A stretch of DNA of 20,000 nucleotides, from the IMG/VR virus record IMGVR_UViG_3300021429_004282, one strand, 5' to 3'. The notes under the pieces were generated by a model. That model was given only the letters and a program-made list of their open reading frames with translations, did not search any database and had not been told where the DNA came from. Origin of the DNA: an uncultured virus (IMG/VR IMGVR_UViG_3300021429_004282) (lineage: Duplodnaviria; Heunggongvirae; Uroviricota; Caudoviricetes). The position numbers and the translations under genes were made by a program. The stretch's first letter is position 1, and every line of letters begins with the position of its first letter. Positions 1 through 9,092 of this stretch are shown here, one piece after another.

Positions 1-2235
1 CTTTGCCTAGACGGCTCAACAAGAATCAGGACAAATGACGGCTACAAATACATATCTGACATTAAAACTGGAGATAGAGTTTTCAGTTACAGTCATGGAA
101 ATGTTTTTGAAAATATTGTAACCGATACGATGCATCATCAACCCAAAGAAATCTGGGAAGCTAAATCAAGACATTTTTCAATAAAAGGTACTCCCGATCA
201 TAGAATCTTGGTTCTACGAGATGGAATTGAACAGTATGTTGAAATTAAAGATTTAAAAATCAAATCTGATAAGTTTATCTCCACTTCGCATGAGTCAAGT
301 ATTCTGAAGAAAATAGAAAATATATTTGGACAGCCTTGGGCAAAATTGTCTCTGCAACAACGAGTTTTATTCAGACAAACAAAATACACAAACATTAGTG
401 AGAAACTAAGAAAATTCAATGATCCAGAGCGTGTAAAACAATTCCTTTACACTGAAGGAAAAGCACTTCCTATTGAAATTGCAAAAGAAATTATTGTTGA
501 ATTCAACCTTAATTCTGAACCCTTGGTAATCCTAAACAAGGGTGAAAACAATTCTGAGAGACTTAATCTGCCTGAATATGTTACCCCAGAATTCGCAAGA
601 TTGTTTGGATTTATATACGGTGACGGAAATGTCCATAAGCACGGTATTAACTTTACAGCCGGTACCGATAAGTCAGTAAATGAATTTTATAACAATTTAC
701 TGATTAAGTTCTTTGGGAAAAGTCGATTTTCTCCAGATAAAATATCTAAAGCCGGTGTTGGCAAATATGAAGTAAGTTCAATCACTGTTTCAAAGATATT
801 TAAGTCTTTGGGATACGATGGAAAACATAGCAATATCAGAATTCCATCTTGGATATTTAATGCTAGCCAAGAAATAAGAAAAGAATTTATTCTTGGTCTA
901 TGTGACGCAGATGGAACCATTAGACACACCAACAAAGGAACATGGTTTTGCACTTTGGAACTTTGTAATAAAAACTTAATAGAGGATATTAAGGAACTTT
1001 GGCAATCTGTTGGTTTATCCTCTGGCAAATTGACGCAAAGAACAAAAAAATCTCACAAAATGGGCTGTGGTCGTCAGATTAAGGAAACTACTGGCTACCT
1101 TGTAACTTTAACACAATTGCCACTTGAAAAATACGAAAATGTTCTTTCAGTTGCTAAAGTTGGAGAAGACTTTGTATACGATATTAGCGTCGATGGAAAT
1201 GTTCAAAACTTTATAGCCAATGGCATGCCCGTCCATAATAGCCGTGCACCTGAAAGAAGAGTTTTCTACATCGATGTTGGACAACTGCCTTCTTTCAAAG
1301 CTGAAGCTTTTATTGAAAAAATGAAAGATCAATTCAGGAAAAAGAAAGTAGCAACCAACAGATCGGGCATGCAAGGTCCAAATTCTGTTGAAGAACGATA
1401 CCACGCCCCGGCTGTTGATGAAGATTATTGGATTCCAACAAGACCAAATAGTACCACTAAAATTGAAACACTTCCCGGAGCACAAAACCTTGGGGAAATT
1501 GATGATGCTGTCTATTTCAGAAACCGCTTGTTCACAGCGATGCAGTTTCCAAAAAACTACTTCAATGTTGAAGATGCATCCGTAACAAAAATCACTCTTT
1601 CTGCGCAGGATGTTAGAGTTGCAAGGCTTGTCGAAAGGCTTCAAGCACCTTTTGAAGACGGTATGTGGGAAATAGCTGATAGACACCTTAAATTGCGTGG
1701 ATTCCCACCTGAAACTTATAATGATATGAAAATAAAAATGACTCCACCATCTGAATGGAGAGAATTAAGCAGGGCAGAAATAGTAAATGCCAGAATACAG
1801 GCTGCAAGCAGCCTGAAAACAGGAAAACTTCTGTCTGATTATGACATTCTTAATAAGTGGATGGGTTATTCTGAAAACGAAACTAAGGTCCTAATTGCTC
1901 GACTAAAAATGCAGTCTATCGAAGAAGCAAAACTACTAGTTATTGCACAAAATCCAGCACTTCTAGGTGTTGGCATTCCAGCAGATGACTCTGAAAAAGA
2001 CAAGCCAGAAATCGGTACTACTCCAGAAGGACCATCTACAGAATTGGCTCCTGAAGGAGAAGGCCAAACACAACCAGCCGCATTACCAGCAACAGCACCA
2101 GAGCAACCAGCAGCATCTAATGCTCCTCCTTTGGCACAACCCGAAGAAGAAGATATTGAAAAATATGATATGAGAATACAAACATATTCTAATGATCAAG
2201 ATGTTGAACCACTTGATAATTATGAATACGAATAA
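1..2235 (+). CDS. gp20: T4-like portal vertex protein (gp20), 5'-truncated, containing an intein
   Basis: Frame 1 is open from base 1. After the intein it reads SRAPERRVFYIDVGQLP...KAEAF...EDYWIPTR...TKIETLPGAQNLGEIDDAVYFRNRLF, the hallmark gp20 motifs. It has an acidic Pro/Ala-rich C-terminal tail and lies upstream of gp21-22-23. Confidence 0.95.
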   Translation, partial: LCLDGSTRIRTNDGYKYISDIKTGDRVFSYSHGNVFENIVTDTMHHQPKEIWEAKSRHFSIKGTPDHRILVLRDGIEQYVEIKDLKIKSDKFISTSHESSILKKIENIFGQPWAKLSLQQRVLFRQTKYTNISEKLRKFNDPERVKQFLYTEGKALPIEIAKEIIVEFNLNSEPLVILNKGENNSERLNLPEYVTPEFARLFGFIYGDGNVHKHGINFTAGTDKSVNEFYNNLLIKFFGKSRFSPDKISKAGVGKYEVSSITVSKIFKSLGYDGKHSNIRIPSWIFNASQEIRKEFILGLCDADGTIRHTNKGTWFCTLELCNKNLIEDIKELWQSVGLSSGKLTQRTKKSHKMGCGRQIKETTGYLVTLTQLPLEKYENVLSVAKVGEDFVYDISVDGNVQNFIANGMPVHNSRAPERRVFYIDVGQLPSFKAEAFIEKMKDQFRKKKVATNRSGMQGPNSVEERYHAPAVDEDYWIPTRPNSTTKIETLPGAQNLGEIDDAVYFRNRLFTAMQFPKNYFNVEDASVTKITLSAQDVRVARLVERLQAPFEDGMWEIADRHLKLRGFPPETYNDMKIKMTPPSEWRELSRAEIVNARIQAASSLKTGKLLSDYDILNKWMGYSENETKVLIARLKMQSIEEAKLLVIAQNPALLGVGIPADDSEKDKPEIGTTPEGPSTELAPEGEGQTQPAALPATAPEQPAASNAPPLAQPEEEDIEKYDMRIQTYSNDQDVEPLDNYEYE
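4..1239 (+). mobile_element. Intein (412 aa) with a LAGLIDADG homing endonuclease, inserted in gp20 at L/SRAPERR
   Basis: Block A CLDGSTRI begins at base 4; block B is TPDHRIL. The two LAGLIDADG motifs are LFGFIYGDG and FILGLCDADG. Blocks F/G read VYDISVDGNVQNFIANGMPVHN, followed by +1 Ser at 1240. Confidence 0.95.
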
Positions 2236-2655
2236 CTAATTGCTTTCGGAAGCAACCTTTTCAATCATGACCTTTGGAGGGCCAAAGGTCATATTAACAA
2301 GTCTTCCCTTGCTATTACGATAAAATGTCAGTCTGCGTATGTTTTTTGTTAAAACTAAAACCCCTTTTTCAAAATTCAAGTTCATAGTACATACTACATC
2401 ATACATTTCAGTTTTGTCTTCATTTATTTCCCGACTGATTTCTAAGCCATTTTCAGTATTAAACAAGTCGCACCCGGACAGAATAAATCCAACTGTGTCT
2501 TTTTTTATCTCTAGTTTACCATCTTCAGAATAAAAAAGCGTTTTAGATCCCTGTAAACCTAGGTTTTCAGACAACTCTTTGTAATTTGGAGCTATAAATA
2601 TATAAAATTTTCTTAATATTTTTTTAATTGTTTGGTATAGCATAACCGAGCCCAT
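2236..2655 (-). CDS. Hypothetical protein (start at 2655 or 2643)
   Basis: 139-aa ORF whose stop abuts the gp20 stop and which overlaps the end of the upstream minus-strand ORF. No motif recognised. Confidence 0.6.
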   Translation of the reverse strand: MGSVMLYQTIKKILRKFYIFIAPNYKELSENLGLQGSKTLFYSEDGKLEIKKDTVGFILSGCDLFNTENGLEISREINEDKTEMYDVVCTMNLNFEKGVLVLTKNIRRLTFYRNSKGRLVNMTFGPPKVMIEKVASESN

Positions 2656-2908
2656 CTTGTTTGGGGTTTTTATTTGTAAGATCCATTTGATACTTTAAAT
2701 TATCTAACACTACAGAATTTTCTCCTTCAGAATATTCTTTCAAGAAATCTAAACTTTCTTCAGGATATTTTGTAAATACTTGTCTAAATATCTCTAGAGC
2801 CACATCACTAAAGTTTTTTATCTTGTTAGGTGGCATTTCTGAATACTTGGCCATCTCTTTGGCTCCTTCTTCATCCATTTCCTGTAGATAGTTGACAAAA
2901 CTTTTCAT
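2624..2908 (-). CDS. Small acidic protein with a capsid-targeting-like N-terminus (MKSFVNYLQE)
   Basis: ATG at 2908 is preceded by a GGAG SD (tattggagtaatATG). The N-terminus resembles the T4 internal-protein CTS MKTYQEFIAE. Confidence 0.7.
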   Translation of the reverse strand: MKSFVNYLQEMDEEGAKEMAKYSEMPPNKIKNFSDVALEIFRQVFTKYPEESLDFLKEYSEGENSVVLDNLKYQMDLTNKNPKQDGLGYAIPNN

Positions 2909-3043
2909 ATTACTCCAATAAATTAGACCTTGTTGCATAGATAAATCTGTTATCGATACTTTAGGGTTATCTAGTACGAAAACAAGAAACTCTATTGCTA
3001 TATAAACTTGCAAGTTAAATATAGTTCTATTTGGGAGACTAGT

Positions 3044-4807
3044 ATGAAGAAAAAACTTATCAGTTTCGATGCTTTTAAGCAGATCGAAAATAATTCTGTG
3101 ACCATGGCCGAAAAAGAATTTCTTGAAGCTGCTGAAATGCTAGCCAAAACACTTGGCAAGGAGAGGCTAGATCTCCACTGCATCAATGAGTCAAGTGTAA
3201 CATTTATTAATCAGGACGGCAACCTAGTACAAGCCGCCTATTCAATCGAAGGAGATATCATTCTCCTAGAAAATATCACCGAACTAGTGCTAGACGAATC
3301 AACCGTCAAGAACAATGCCAAAAGCGTTCTCGAAGCCATGGTTGACAATATTCTAGACGACAAAAACGAAGAAGCCGCAGTAAATTTCTCCGAGTATTTC
3401 TCAATCCCCATGCTTCGTGCAGGACTCCGTGAAGGAGTTGTTAACGAAGGCAAAAAGCCAAAGAAGGGTGTTATTCCTCCACAATTGGCCAAATTCATCA
3501 AGAAGAAGAAAGGCCATGAGGCAGAAGAAGAATCAGGCGAGAAGGATGATAAATTCGCAAAACTAAGCAAGAAAAATGGCAAGGGCAAGAAAGTTGCTGA
3601 GTGCATGTCCAAGCCAAAAGTAGAGTCTCTTAATATCCTTGCAAACAATATTTTAGAATTTATTGATTTCAAGGAAAATGGAAATCTATACCAGAACATT
3701 CGCACACAAAAAGACAAGGCTGGAGATGTTGTTTCGATTGCTCTTCCAACCTCCAAGCTACGCAACGAAGGCAAAGTAATGAAGATGCACCACAAGAAAG
3801 GCCACGGCAAAGTTGCCGAAGGTCGTGGTTGCGCCAAGGAAATGAAGAGCGAAGCCAACTGGGTTCGTGCAGTCAATGACCTCAAGCGTTTCAACGCCAT
3901 GAGCGATCATGCAAGCCTTCAGACCGCCTTTGAAAATGTTGCAAGCGCTTGGCCAAATCTTCTCTATCTAACACCAGATGAACTAGCTGCAACCATCAAC
4001 GAAACCCTAGAAAACTCCGGGGCTTCAAACTATGACAGCAATACTTGCGTCTTCCTAGCCGAAGGCATCCTTCGCACTGCCCACAAGGCATTTGCAGAGC
4101 ATGTCGGTCGTGTTTTCGAAATGGCCGGACAGACCCCCTCCGATGATTTCAACGAATTCGTTCAGATCAGCGAGAAGGTTCTTCCTATGGTTGATGCCGA
4201 GGAAAACAACACCACACAAGTATTCGCAGATCTCTATCGTGGACTATACGAAGTTTATAAGTCCGCTGAAAAGATTGGTGACGCTGCTGTCAAGGCCGAA
4301 ACAGGCGCTCTGATCTACAGCATTGCTGATGTTCTAAACAAAAAGCAACCAACCGATCTTGATCTAGCAACAGAAGCTGCAAACTACCTGAAGATGATTG
4401 CAGAAACTGTCAGCATGACTGGCTCAGACTGGAAGGTTCCTGCTCCACATGAGTCCCTAAATGGTGATAATCCCGCCATTCACGGCTACGCTTCCGTTGA
4501 CGGATCTCCTAGCGCTAACGCTGGCAGGTTCAAATCTAGCCCAGTAAGCGATGGTAAAACTGTCAAGGTTGATATCCAAGACGACTATACCAAAATGAAA
4601 GGCAAGGACCTCTATCCAGACATGAACAATCCATATGCCCCAAAACCCGGCGACTTCAAAATCCACGGGGAGAAAAGCGTTGAATCTGATAAGGATTTCG
4701 GCTCATATCAGGATTCCGACACACTACCAAACATAAAGAATCCCTATCTGCCAGATCACGGAATGACAATGCAAGACACCTTGCAGCACCTAATGGGAAG
4801 CAAGTAA
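3044..4807 (+). CDS. Large putative prohead core/internal head protein (587 aa)
   Basis: GGGAG SD before ATG 3044 and TAAATA at 3016. It occupies the gp67/gp68 position between portal and protease, shares the codon bias of gp22/gp23, and has many hydrophobic-x-E sites (LRE, VNE, VAE, IAE) resembling gp21 cleavage sites. Confidence 0.65.
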   Translation: MKKKLISFDAFKQIENNSVTMAEKEFLEAAEMLAKTLGKERLDLHCINESSVTFINQDGNLVQAAYSIEGDIILLENITELVLDESTVKNNAKSVLEAMVDNILDDKNEEAAVNFSEYFSIPMLRAGLREGVVNEGKKPKKGVIPPQLAKFIKKKKGHEAEEESGEKDDKFAKLSKKNGKGKKVAECMSKPKVESLNILANNILEFIDFKENGNLYQNIRTQKDKAGDVVSIALPTSKLRNEGKVMKMHHKKGHGKVAEGRGCAKEMKSEANWVRAVNDLKRFNAMSDHASLQTAFENVASAWPNLLYLTPDELAATINETLENSGASNYDSNTCVFLAEGILRTAHKAFAEHVGRVFEMAGQTPSDDFNEFVQISEKVLPMVDAEENNTTQVFADLYRGLYEVYKSAEKIGDAAVKAETGALIYSIADVLNKKQPTDLDLATEAANYLKMIAETVSMTGSDWKVPAPHESLNGDNPAIHGYASVDGSPSANAGRFKSSPVSDGKTVKVDIQDDYTKMKGKDLYPDMNNPYAPKPGDFKIHGEKSVESDKDFGSYQDSDTLPNIKNPYLPDHGMTMQDTLQHLMGSK

Positions 4808-4830
4808 CACACTCAAGCAAAGGATAAAAC

Positions 4831-5502
4831 ATGTCCAACATGCTCTTAATAGACTGCTGTCTAAACAGTGAACTACACCTGAACTTGAATGAATCCTCCG
4901 AAAAAGGAACCACAAAGTTCAGGGGTAAGTTCCAAGAGGCCAATAAAGAAAATAAAAACCACAGAAGCTACAGTTTTGAAGCTTTGAACTCGAATGTGCA
5001 GAAATTGGATGAATGTATCAAAGCTAGAGGTCTCGTCGGTGAACTCGACCACCCAGAAGACTCCATCGTTCACTTTGAGAAGGCAAGCCATGTCATCACC
5101 AAACTCTGGTGGGAAGGCAATGTCCTAATGGGAGAAGGAGAAATTCTTAATACCCCACACGGAAAAATTCTCAAAGCCCTAATCAATGATGGTGTCCGGG
5201 TTGGCGTTTCATCAAGAGGCGTTGGCAATGGTAAAGTGAATGAAAACGGCGTTCTAGTAATTGACGAATCTTATAAGTTAATTACCTTCGATGTCGTTGC
5301 CGACCCTTCCACACACGCTGCTTTTCAGCGTAAAGTTGTCGGCACTAGGGAAAGTCAGGAGCACTTTTCCAAAGAAATTTACAAATCCCAGACAAAAAAT
5401 GAGCCCTCCTGCATACATAAAATATCAAAAGAGGCAGTAATTGCTTGCTTGGGTACTATTGTAAAAGAACAAACTGGCAACATTATTACGAGGTTAGGCT
5501 AA
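4831..5502 (+). CDS. gp21: Prohead protease (T4 gp21-like)
   Basis: Motifs FQEANKENKNHRSY, GELDHP (catalytic His), ILNTPHGKILKALI, GVSSRGVG (catalytic Ser) and FDVVADPS; AGGA SD. Confidence 0.95.
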   Translation: MSNMLLIDCCLNSELHLNLNESSEKGTTKFRGKFQEANKENKNHRSYSFEALNSNVQKLDECIKARGLVGELDHPEDSIVHFEKASHVITKLWWEGNVLMGEGEILNTPHGKILKALINDGVRVGVSSRGVGNGKVNENGVLVIDESYKLITFDVVADPSTHAAFQRKVVGTRESQEHFSKEIYKSQTKNEPSCIHKISKEAVIACLGTIVKEQTGNIITRLG

Positions 5503-6410
5503 TGGAAAATAAAATTGCTTCCGCTCTGAAAAAGATTCTTCCTGAAGATCAAATCAACGAAGTGACTTCAGCTGTAAACGAAATGCTCGTTACCGCTAAG
5601 GAAGAAATGGAAAAAGAATACAACAAGAACCTAGAAGAGGCTTACAGCCAACTATCCGGTGAACTAGCCACAGCTGAAAAAACCGCTTACGAAGGCTATC
5701 AGGAAGCTTTTGAGATCATCGCTGATCTAAGGGGCCGCCTAGATGTCCAGAAGAACGAGTTCGAATCTCAGCTAGAAGAAGGATACGAAGAAGCCTACCA
5801 GATGCTACTTGCCGAAAGAAACAGCAAGTCTCAGGTAGAAGTAGACCTCTACGAAGAGTATGACCAAAAACTAGCCGAAATGAAGGCTTATATCGTTGAA
5901 AAGGTTGACCAGTTCCTACAAGCTAAAGGCGCTGAAATCTACGAACAAGCCAAGCGTGATCTAGTTAACGATCCCCGCATCCTAGAACACAAGGTTGCAC
6001 TAGACAAAATCGTAAACATCACATCCGACTATCTCTCCGATGAAGAGAAAACCTTCGCTACTTCAACTAAACTAGAAATGGTTACCAAATCCATTGAGGA
6101 GCTCCGTGGACAGCTTCGCATTATGGAAGCTCGCAACATCCGACTCAGCACCGACAATACCCGTCTAACCGAGTCCGTTCGCAAAACCGCCGTAATAAAC
6201 GAAGCTAGACTGCCACAAGCAGCCAACAAGGTCAAAACCACCAAGGTTTTTTCCGAACAGAATGAAAGAACCCTGAAAGTAAAGAACGCAAGCGGGAGAG
6301 GACATGTAGACACCGAAAATGTCAAAGTTATCGCTGAATTCAACGATAATTCCAACGGTGCAGTAAACGATTTGCTCGTTCTTTCAGGTGTAAAGAAATC
6401 ACAGAACTAA
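5502..6410 (+). CDS. gp22: Prohead scaffolding/core protein (T4 gp22-like)
   Basis: Glu-rich coiled coil containing EKVDQFL, located between the protease and the capsid gene. TAATG stop/start overlap with gp21 and a GAGG SD. Confidence 0.85.
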   Translation: MENKIASALKKILPEDQINEVTSAVNEMLVTAKEEMEKEYNKNLEEAYSQLSGELATAEKTAYEGYQEAFEIIADLRGRLDVQKNEFESQLEEGYEEAYQMLLAERNSKSQVEVDLYEEYDQKLAEMKAYIVEKVDQFLQAKGAEIYEQAKRDLVNDPRILEHKVALDKIVNITSDYLSDEEKTFATSTKLEMVTKSIEELRGQLRIMEARNIRLSTDNTRLTESVRKTAVINEARLPQAANKVKTTKVFSEQNERTLKVKNASGRGHVDTENVKVIAEFNDNSNGAVNDLLVLSGVKKSQN

Positions 6411-6431
6411 TTCTTTTTTTAAGAGGTACAA

Positions 6432-7883
6432 ATGAACGCTAACGCACGATTTCTAAACGAAGCTAGAGAACTTGAGTCAAATTGGTCTAAAACTGGTATT
6501 CTAAAGGGTATTGAAGATCCCTATGTCCGCTCTGCTACTGCAGTGCTTCTAGAGAACCAGAGACTGATCAATGAGACCTCAACTGATACTAGCGATGTCG
6601 CTCAGTTCAAGAGAATTTCTATTCCTCTTGTTCGTCGTATCTACCCCCAGCTAATTGCTAACAAAATTGTTAGCGTGCAGCCACTACTCGGACCAACCGG
6701 CCTAGTGTATTATCTCCGCTTCCGTTATTCCAGCAACAAGGGCGCTATCCGTGGCGCTTCTAATAACAGCGGCTTCCCCGGCGACGATGCCAACTCCCTC
6801 CAGCAGCTTGCTAGCGGCGATGGCAACCTCGACATATACTACTCCAGCCAGTTCATCCAAAACGAGACAACCGCTACCCTAACCCGTGTTGCCTCCACCA
6901 ATATGAACTTCGGCAACCTAGAGCACACCCCAGTTCTAGCCGGAACCGTTACCGGTACCGTCTACAGCAACGGCGCTGCTATCCAGACCTTCACCATAAG
7001 TTCTTCTGGCACCTTAAACTTGAACACCGTTTCCGGTGCAACCCCTCTAGTTCAGAGCTCTGGCTCCAGCCTAAACCTCACCACTGGTGAAATATTCCTA
7101 GGCCAGAATGCTACTTCTGGTACCGACAGCATGTATGTTGTAGTTTCCTACGAATACAACATGGAATGCAATCAGGACCTACCTGAAATTAACCTTGTCA
7201 TCGAATCCGAAGAAATCGTTGCCAAAACCCGCAAACTCAAGGCTGTTTGGTCCTATGAGGCTCAGCAAGATCTCCGCTCACAGCACAACCTAGACGCTGA
7301 AGCTGAGCTAACCGCTGTCCTCGCTCAGGAAATCAACCTCGAAATCGACCGTGAAGTTATTCAGGACCTTCGCAACAACGCCGGTACCGTTGCCGCTTGG
7401 GACCTAAGCACCGCCCTAGGTGATACCATCAAGGAAAAATACGAGTCACTATATGTGAAAATCGTTGAAGTCTCCAATGTGATCCATCGTAAGACCCTCC
7501 GTGGTGGCGCTAACTTCCTAGTAACTTCCCCAGAAGTTGCCTCGATCTTCGAAACAGCCACCGCTGGCTTCGCTCCCGCTCCTAGCGAGACCTTCACCAG
7601 CAGCCTAGGCATCCAGTATGTCGGCACCGTGGCCAACCGCTACCGCCTCTACAAGGATCCACTATTCCCAACCAACCAAATCCTCTTGGGATACAAGGGC
7701 GACTCCTACATGGACAGCGGATACTTCTACTGCCCATATGTACCTCTAACACAAACACCAACTGTGCTAGATCCAGAGAGCTTCTGCCCCCGAAAAGGAA
7801 TTTTAACTAGATATGGCAAGAAATTGCTAAGAGAAGGTGCCAAGTTCTATGCAAGGCTATCAATTGCTAACTTTGTTGTCTAG
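6432..7883 (+). CDS. gp23: Major capsid protein (T4 gp23-like)
   Basis: Motifs TAVLLENQ, IPLVRR, VQPLLGPTGLVYYLR, AKTRKLKAVWSYEAQQDL, AELTAVLAQEINLEIDREVI, GYKG...YCPYVPL and PRKGILTRYG; GAGG SD. Confidence 0.97.
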   Translation: MNANARFLNEARELESNWSKTGILKGIEDPYVRSATAVLLENQRLINETSTDTSDVAQFKRISIPLVRRIYPQLIANKIVSVQPLLGPTGLVYYLRFRYSSNKGAIRGASNNSGFPGDDANSLQQLASGDGNLDIYYSSQFIQNETTATLTRVASTNMNFGNLEHTPVLAGTVTGTVYSNGAAIQTFTISSSGTLNLNTVSGATPLVQSSGSSLNLTTGEIFLGQNATSGTDSMYVVVSYEYNMECNQDLPEINLVIESEEIVAKTRKLKAVWSYEAQQDLRSQHNLDAEAELTAVLAQEINLEIDREVIQDLRNNAGTVAAWDLSTALGDTIKEKYESLYVKIVEVSNVIHRKTLRGGANFLVTSPEVASIFETATAGFAPAPSETFTSSLGIQYVGTVANRYRLYKDPLFPTNQILLGYKGDSYMDSGYFYCPYVPLTQTPTVLDPESFCPRKGILTRYGKKLLREGAKFYARLSIANFVV

Positions 7884-7916
7884 GCATAGCACTTGATATC
7901 AAACTGATATCACATG

Positions 7917-7950
7917 GAGCCCCGGCTTGATGGCCGGGGCTCTTTTTTTT
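7917..7950 (+). terminator. Rho-independent terminator after gp23
   Basis: Stem GAGCCCCGGC/GCCGGGGCTC with a 6-nt loop, followed by T8. Confidence 0.9.
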
Positions 7951-7976
7951 GACTAATTTTTTGTTTTTGCTATAAT
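7949..7976 (+). promoter_or_regulatory. Sigma70-type promoter with extended -10
   Basis: TTGACT-16nt-TATAAT with TG upstream of the -10, overlapping the terminator U-tract. Confidence 0.7.
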
Positions 7977-8004
7977 TATGTTGTCCAACAAAAGGAACAA
8001 TATT

Positions 8005-8982
8005 ATGAACGAAACAGAAAATCAGAATCCTTGGAAAAAAAATGAACAAGCCAAGAAAAATATGTCACAAGCTGCCATAAAAAAATGGGCATCTGATCTA
8101 GGAAAAATCCTCAAAGAAAGATTAAGTAGATTGACTGCCAGAAAAAATGCTGAAGGAAAGCAAAAGAAAACTCATCGTGGTTATTTTTTCAGTGAAAAGA
8201 TGCAAAAGCATGTGGCTTGGTATTCGTCATATGAACTAAGAGCATTGACTATTCTTGAATCTGATTCAACTGTCACAGAATATCAAACAGCAACTTATTA
8301 TGAAATAAATGGCAGAAGCAGAGTTGCTGATATTATAGTTAATAAAACTAACATGAAAGAAATAAAGCCTCACGACATTTTAGTAAGAAACTACACTCAT
8401 GTACAAGAACAAATTAAAGATGCAAAAGAATTTTGTGATTTTAATGGATACACATATGAAATATGGAGTGAAAAAGAATTAGGATTCAATAATTGCAAAG
8501 AGTTAAGAGAATGGTCGGATGAATTCAGAAAAACTTTAGACGGTATTGATTACCCAGCAATCAGAAAAAAGAAAGCTACAGAAAGATCACAAAGATATTA
8601 TAATAAGTGGCTCAAAAATGATTTTGTTGAATTTAATTGTAAATTTTGCCACACAGAACATAAAATGTTAAGACTTACTTATGACAGAGATGTAGTTGGC
8701 AAAGAAGATTGGGTATGTCATATGGAAAATGCTAAACGCACAGGTCACCTGCCGAAAGATCATTTAAGAGTTAACAATCCTTATGCTGCAGAAGGTAAAA
8801 AGCAATGCAGAGGCTGCAATGAGATTAAATTGATTCAAGGAAACTTTACATGGAAATCTAAGCCATCAGAGAAAAATCCTACAGGAACTCTCTCTGCAGA
8901 TTGCAATGCTTGCAGAACTATAATAGAAAAGCAAAAGTATCATGCAAAAAAAGCAAAATCTAAATCGGAAACCCCACTATAA
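8005..8982 (+). CDS. TnsA-N/PD-(D/E)XK-like endonuclease with C-terminal Cys motifs (probable free-standing homing endonuclease)
   Basis: RGYFFSEK...SSYELRA...LESD...ADIIV...KEIKP...AKEFC...YEIWSE matches the TnsA-N/T4 gp4-like pattern. CKFCH, CRGC and CNAC are putative Zn ligands. AAGGA SD before ATG 8005. Confidence 0.7.
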   Translation: MNETENQNPWKKNEQAKKNMSQAAIKKWASDLGKILKERLSRLTARKNAEGKQKKTHRGYFFSEKMQKHVAWYSSYELRALTILESDSTVTEYQTATYYEINGRSRVADIIVNKTNMKEIKPHDILVRNYTHVQEQIKDAKEFCDFNGYTYEIWSEKELGFNNCKELREWSDEFRKTLDGIDYPAIRKKKATERSQRYYNKWLKNDFVEFNCKFCHTEHKMLRLTYDRDVVGKEDWVCHMENAKRTGHLPKDHLRVNNPYAAEGKKQCRGCNEIKLIQGNFTWKSKPSEKNPTGTLSADCNACRTIIEKQKYHAKKAKSKSETPL

Positions 8983-8991
8983 TAAAATTAT

Positions 8992-9062
8992 GCGGGTATG
9001 ATGTAATGATAGCATAATAGGTTTCCATCCTTTTCGTACGAGTTTGAATCTCGTTACCCGCT
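8992..9062 (+). tRNA. tRNA-Gly(TCC), atypical, no encoded CCA
   Basis: Acceptor GCGGGTA/TACCCGC; D stem ATGT/GCAT; anticodon stem ATAGG/CCTTT with loop TT-TCC-AT; T stem ACGAG/CTCGT; discriminator T. Confidence 0.88.
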
Positions 9063-9092
9063 TTTTCTTTTTAAGAATTGAAGAACGGTGTT

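Noticed and set aside
130..132. ORF-track start of the 701-aa protein
   Set aside because: This Met is internal to the intein; the frame is open to base 1 and the gene starts upstream of the window.
2930..3000. TTATC/GATAA motifs as DnaA boxes
   Set aside because: None matches TTATCCACA well. They are better explained as divergent TANATA-type promoter boxes.
3238..7636. Long antisense ORFs (3238-3900, 6029-6355, 7361-7636)
   Set aside because: They lie opposite well-supported structural genes with biased codons and show no motifs.
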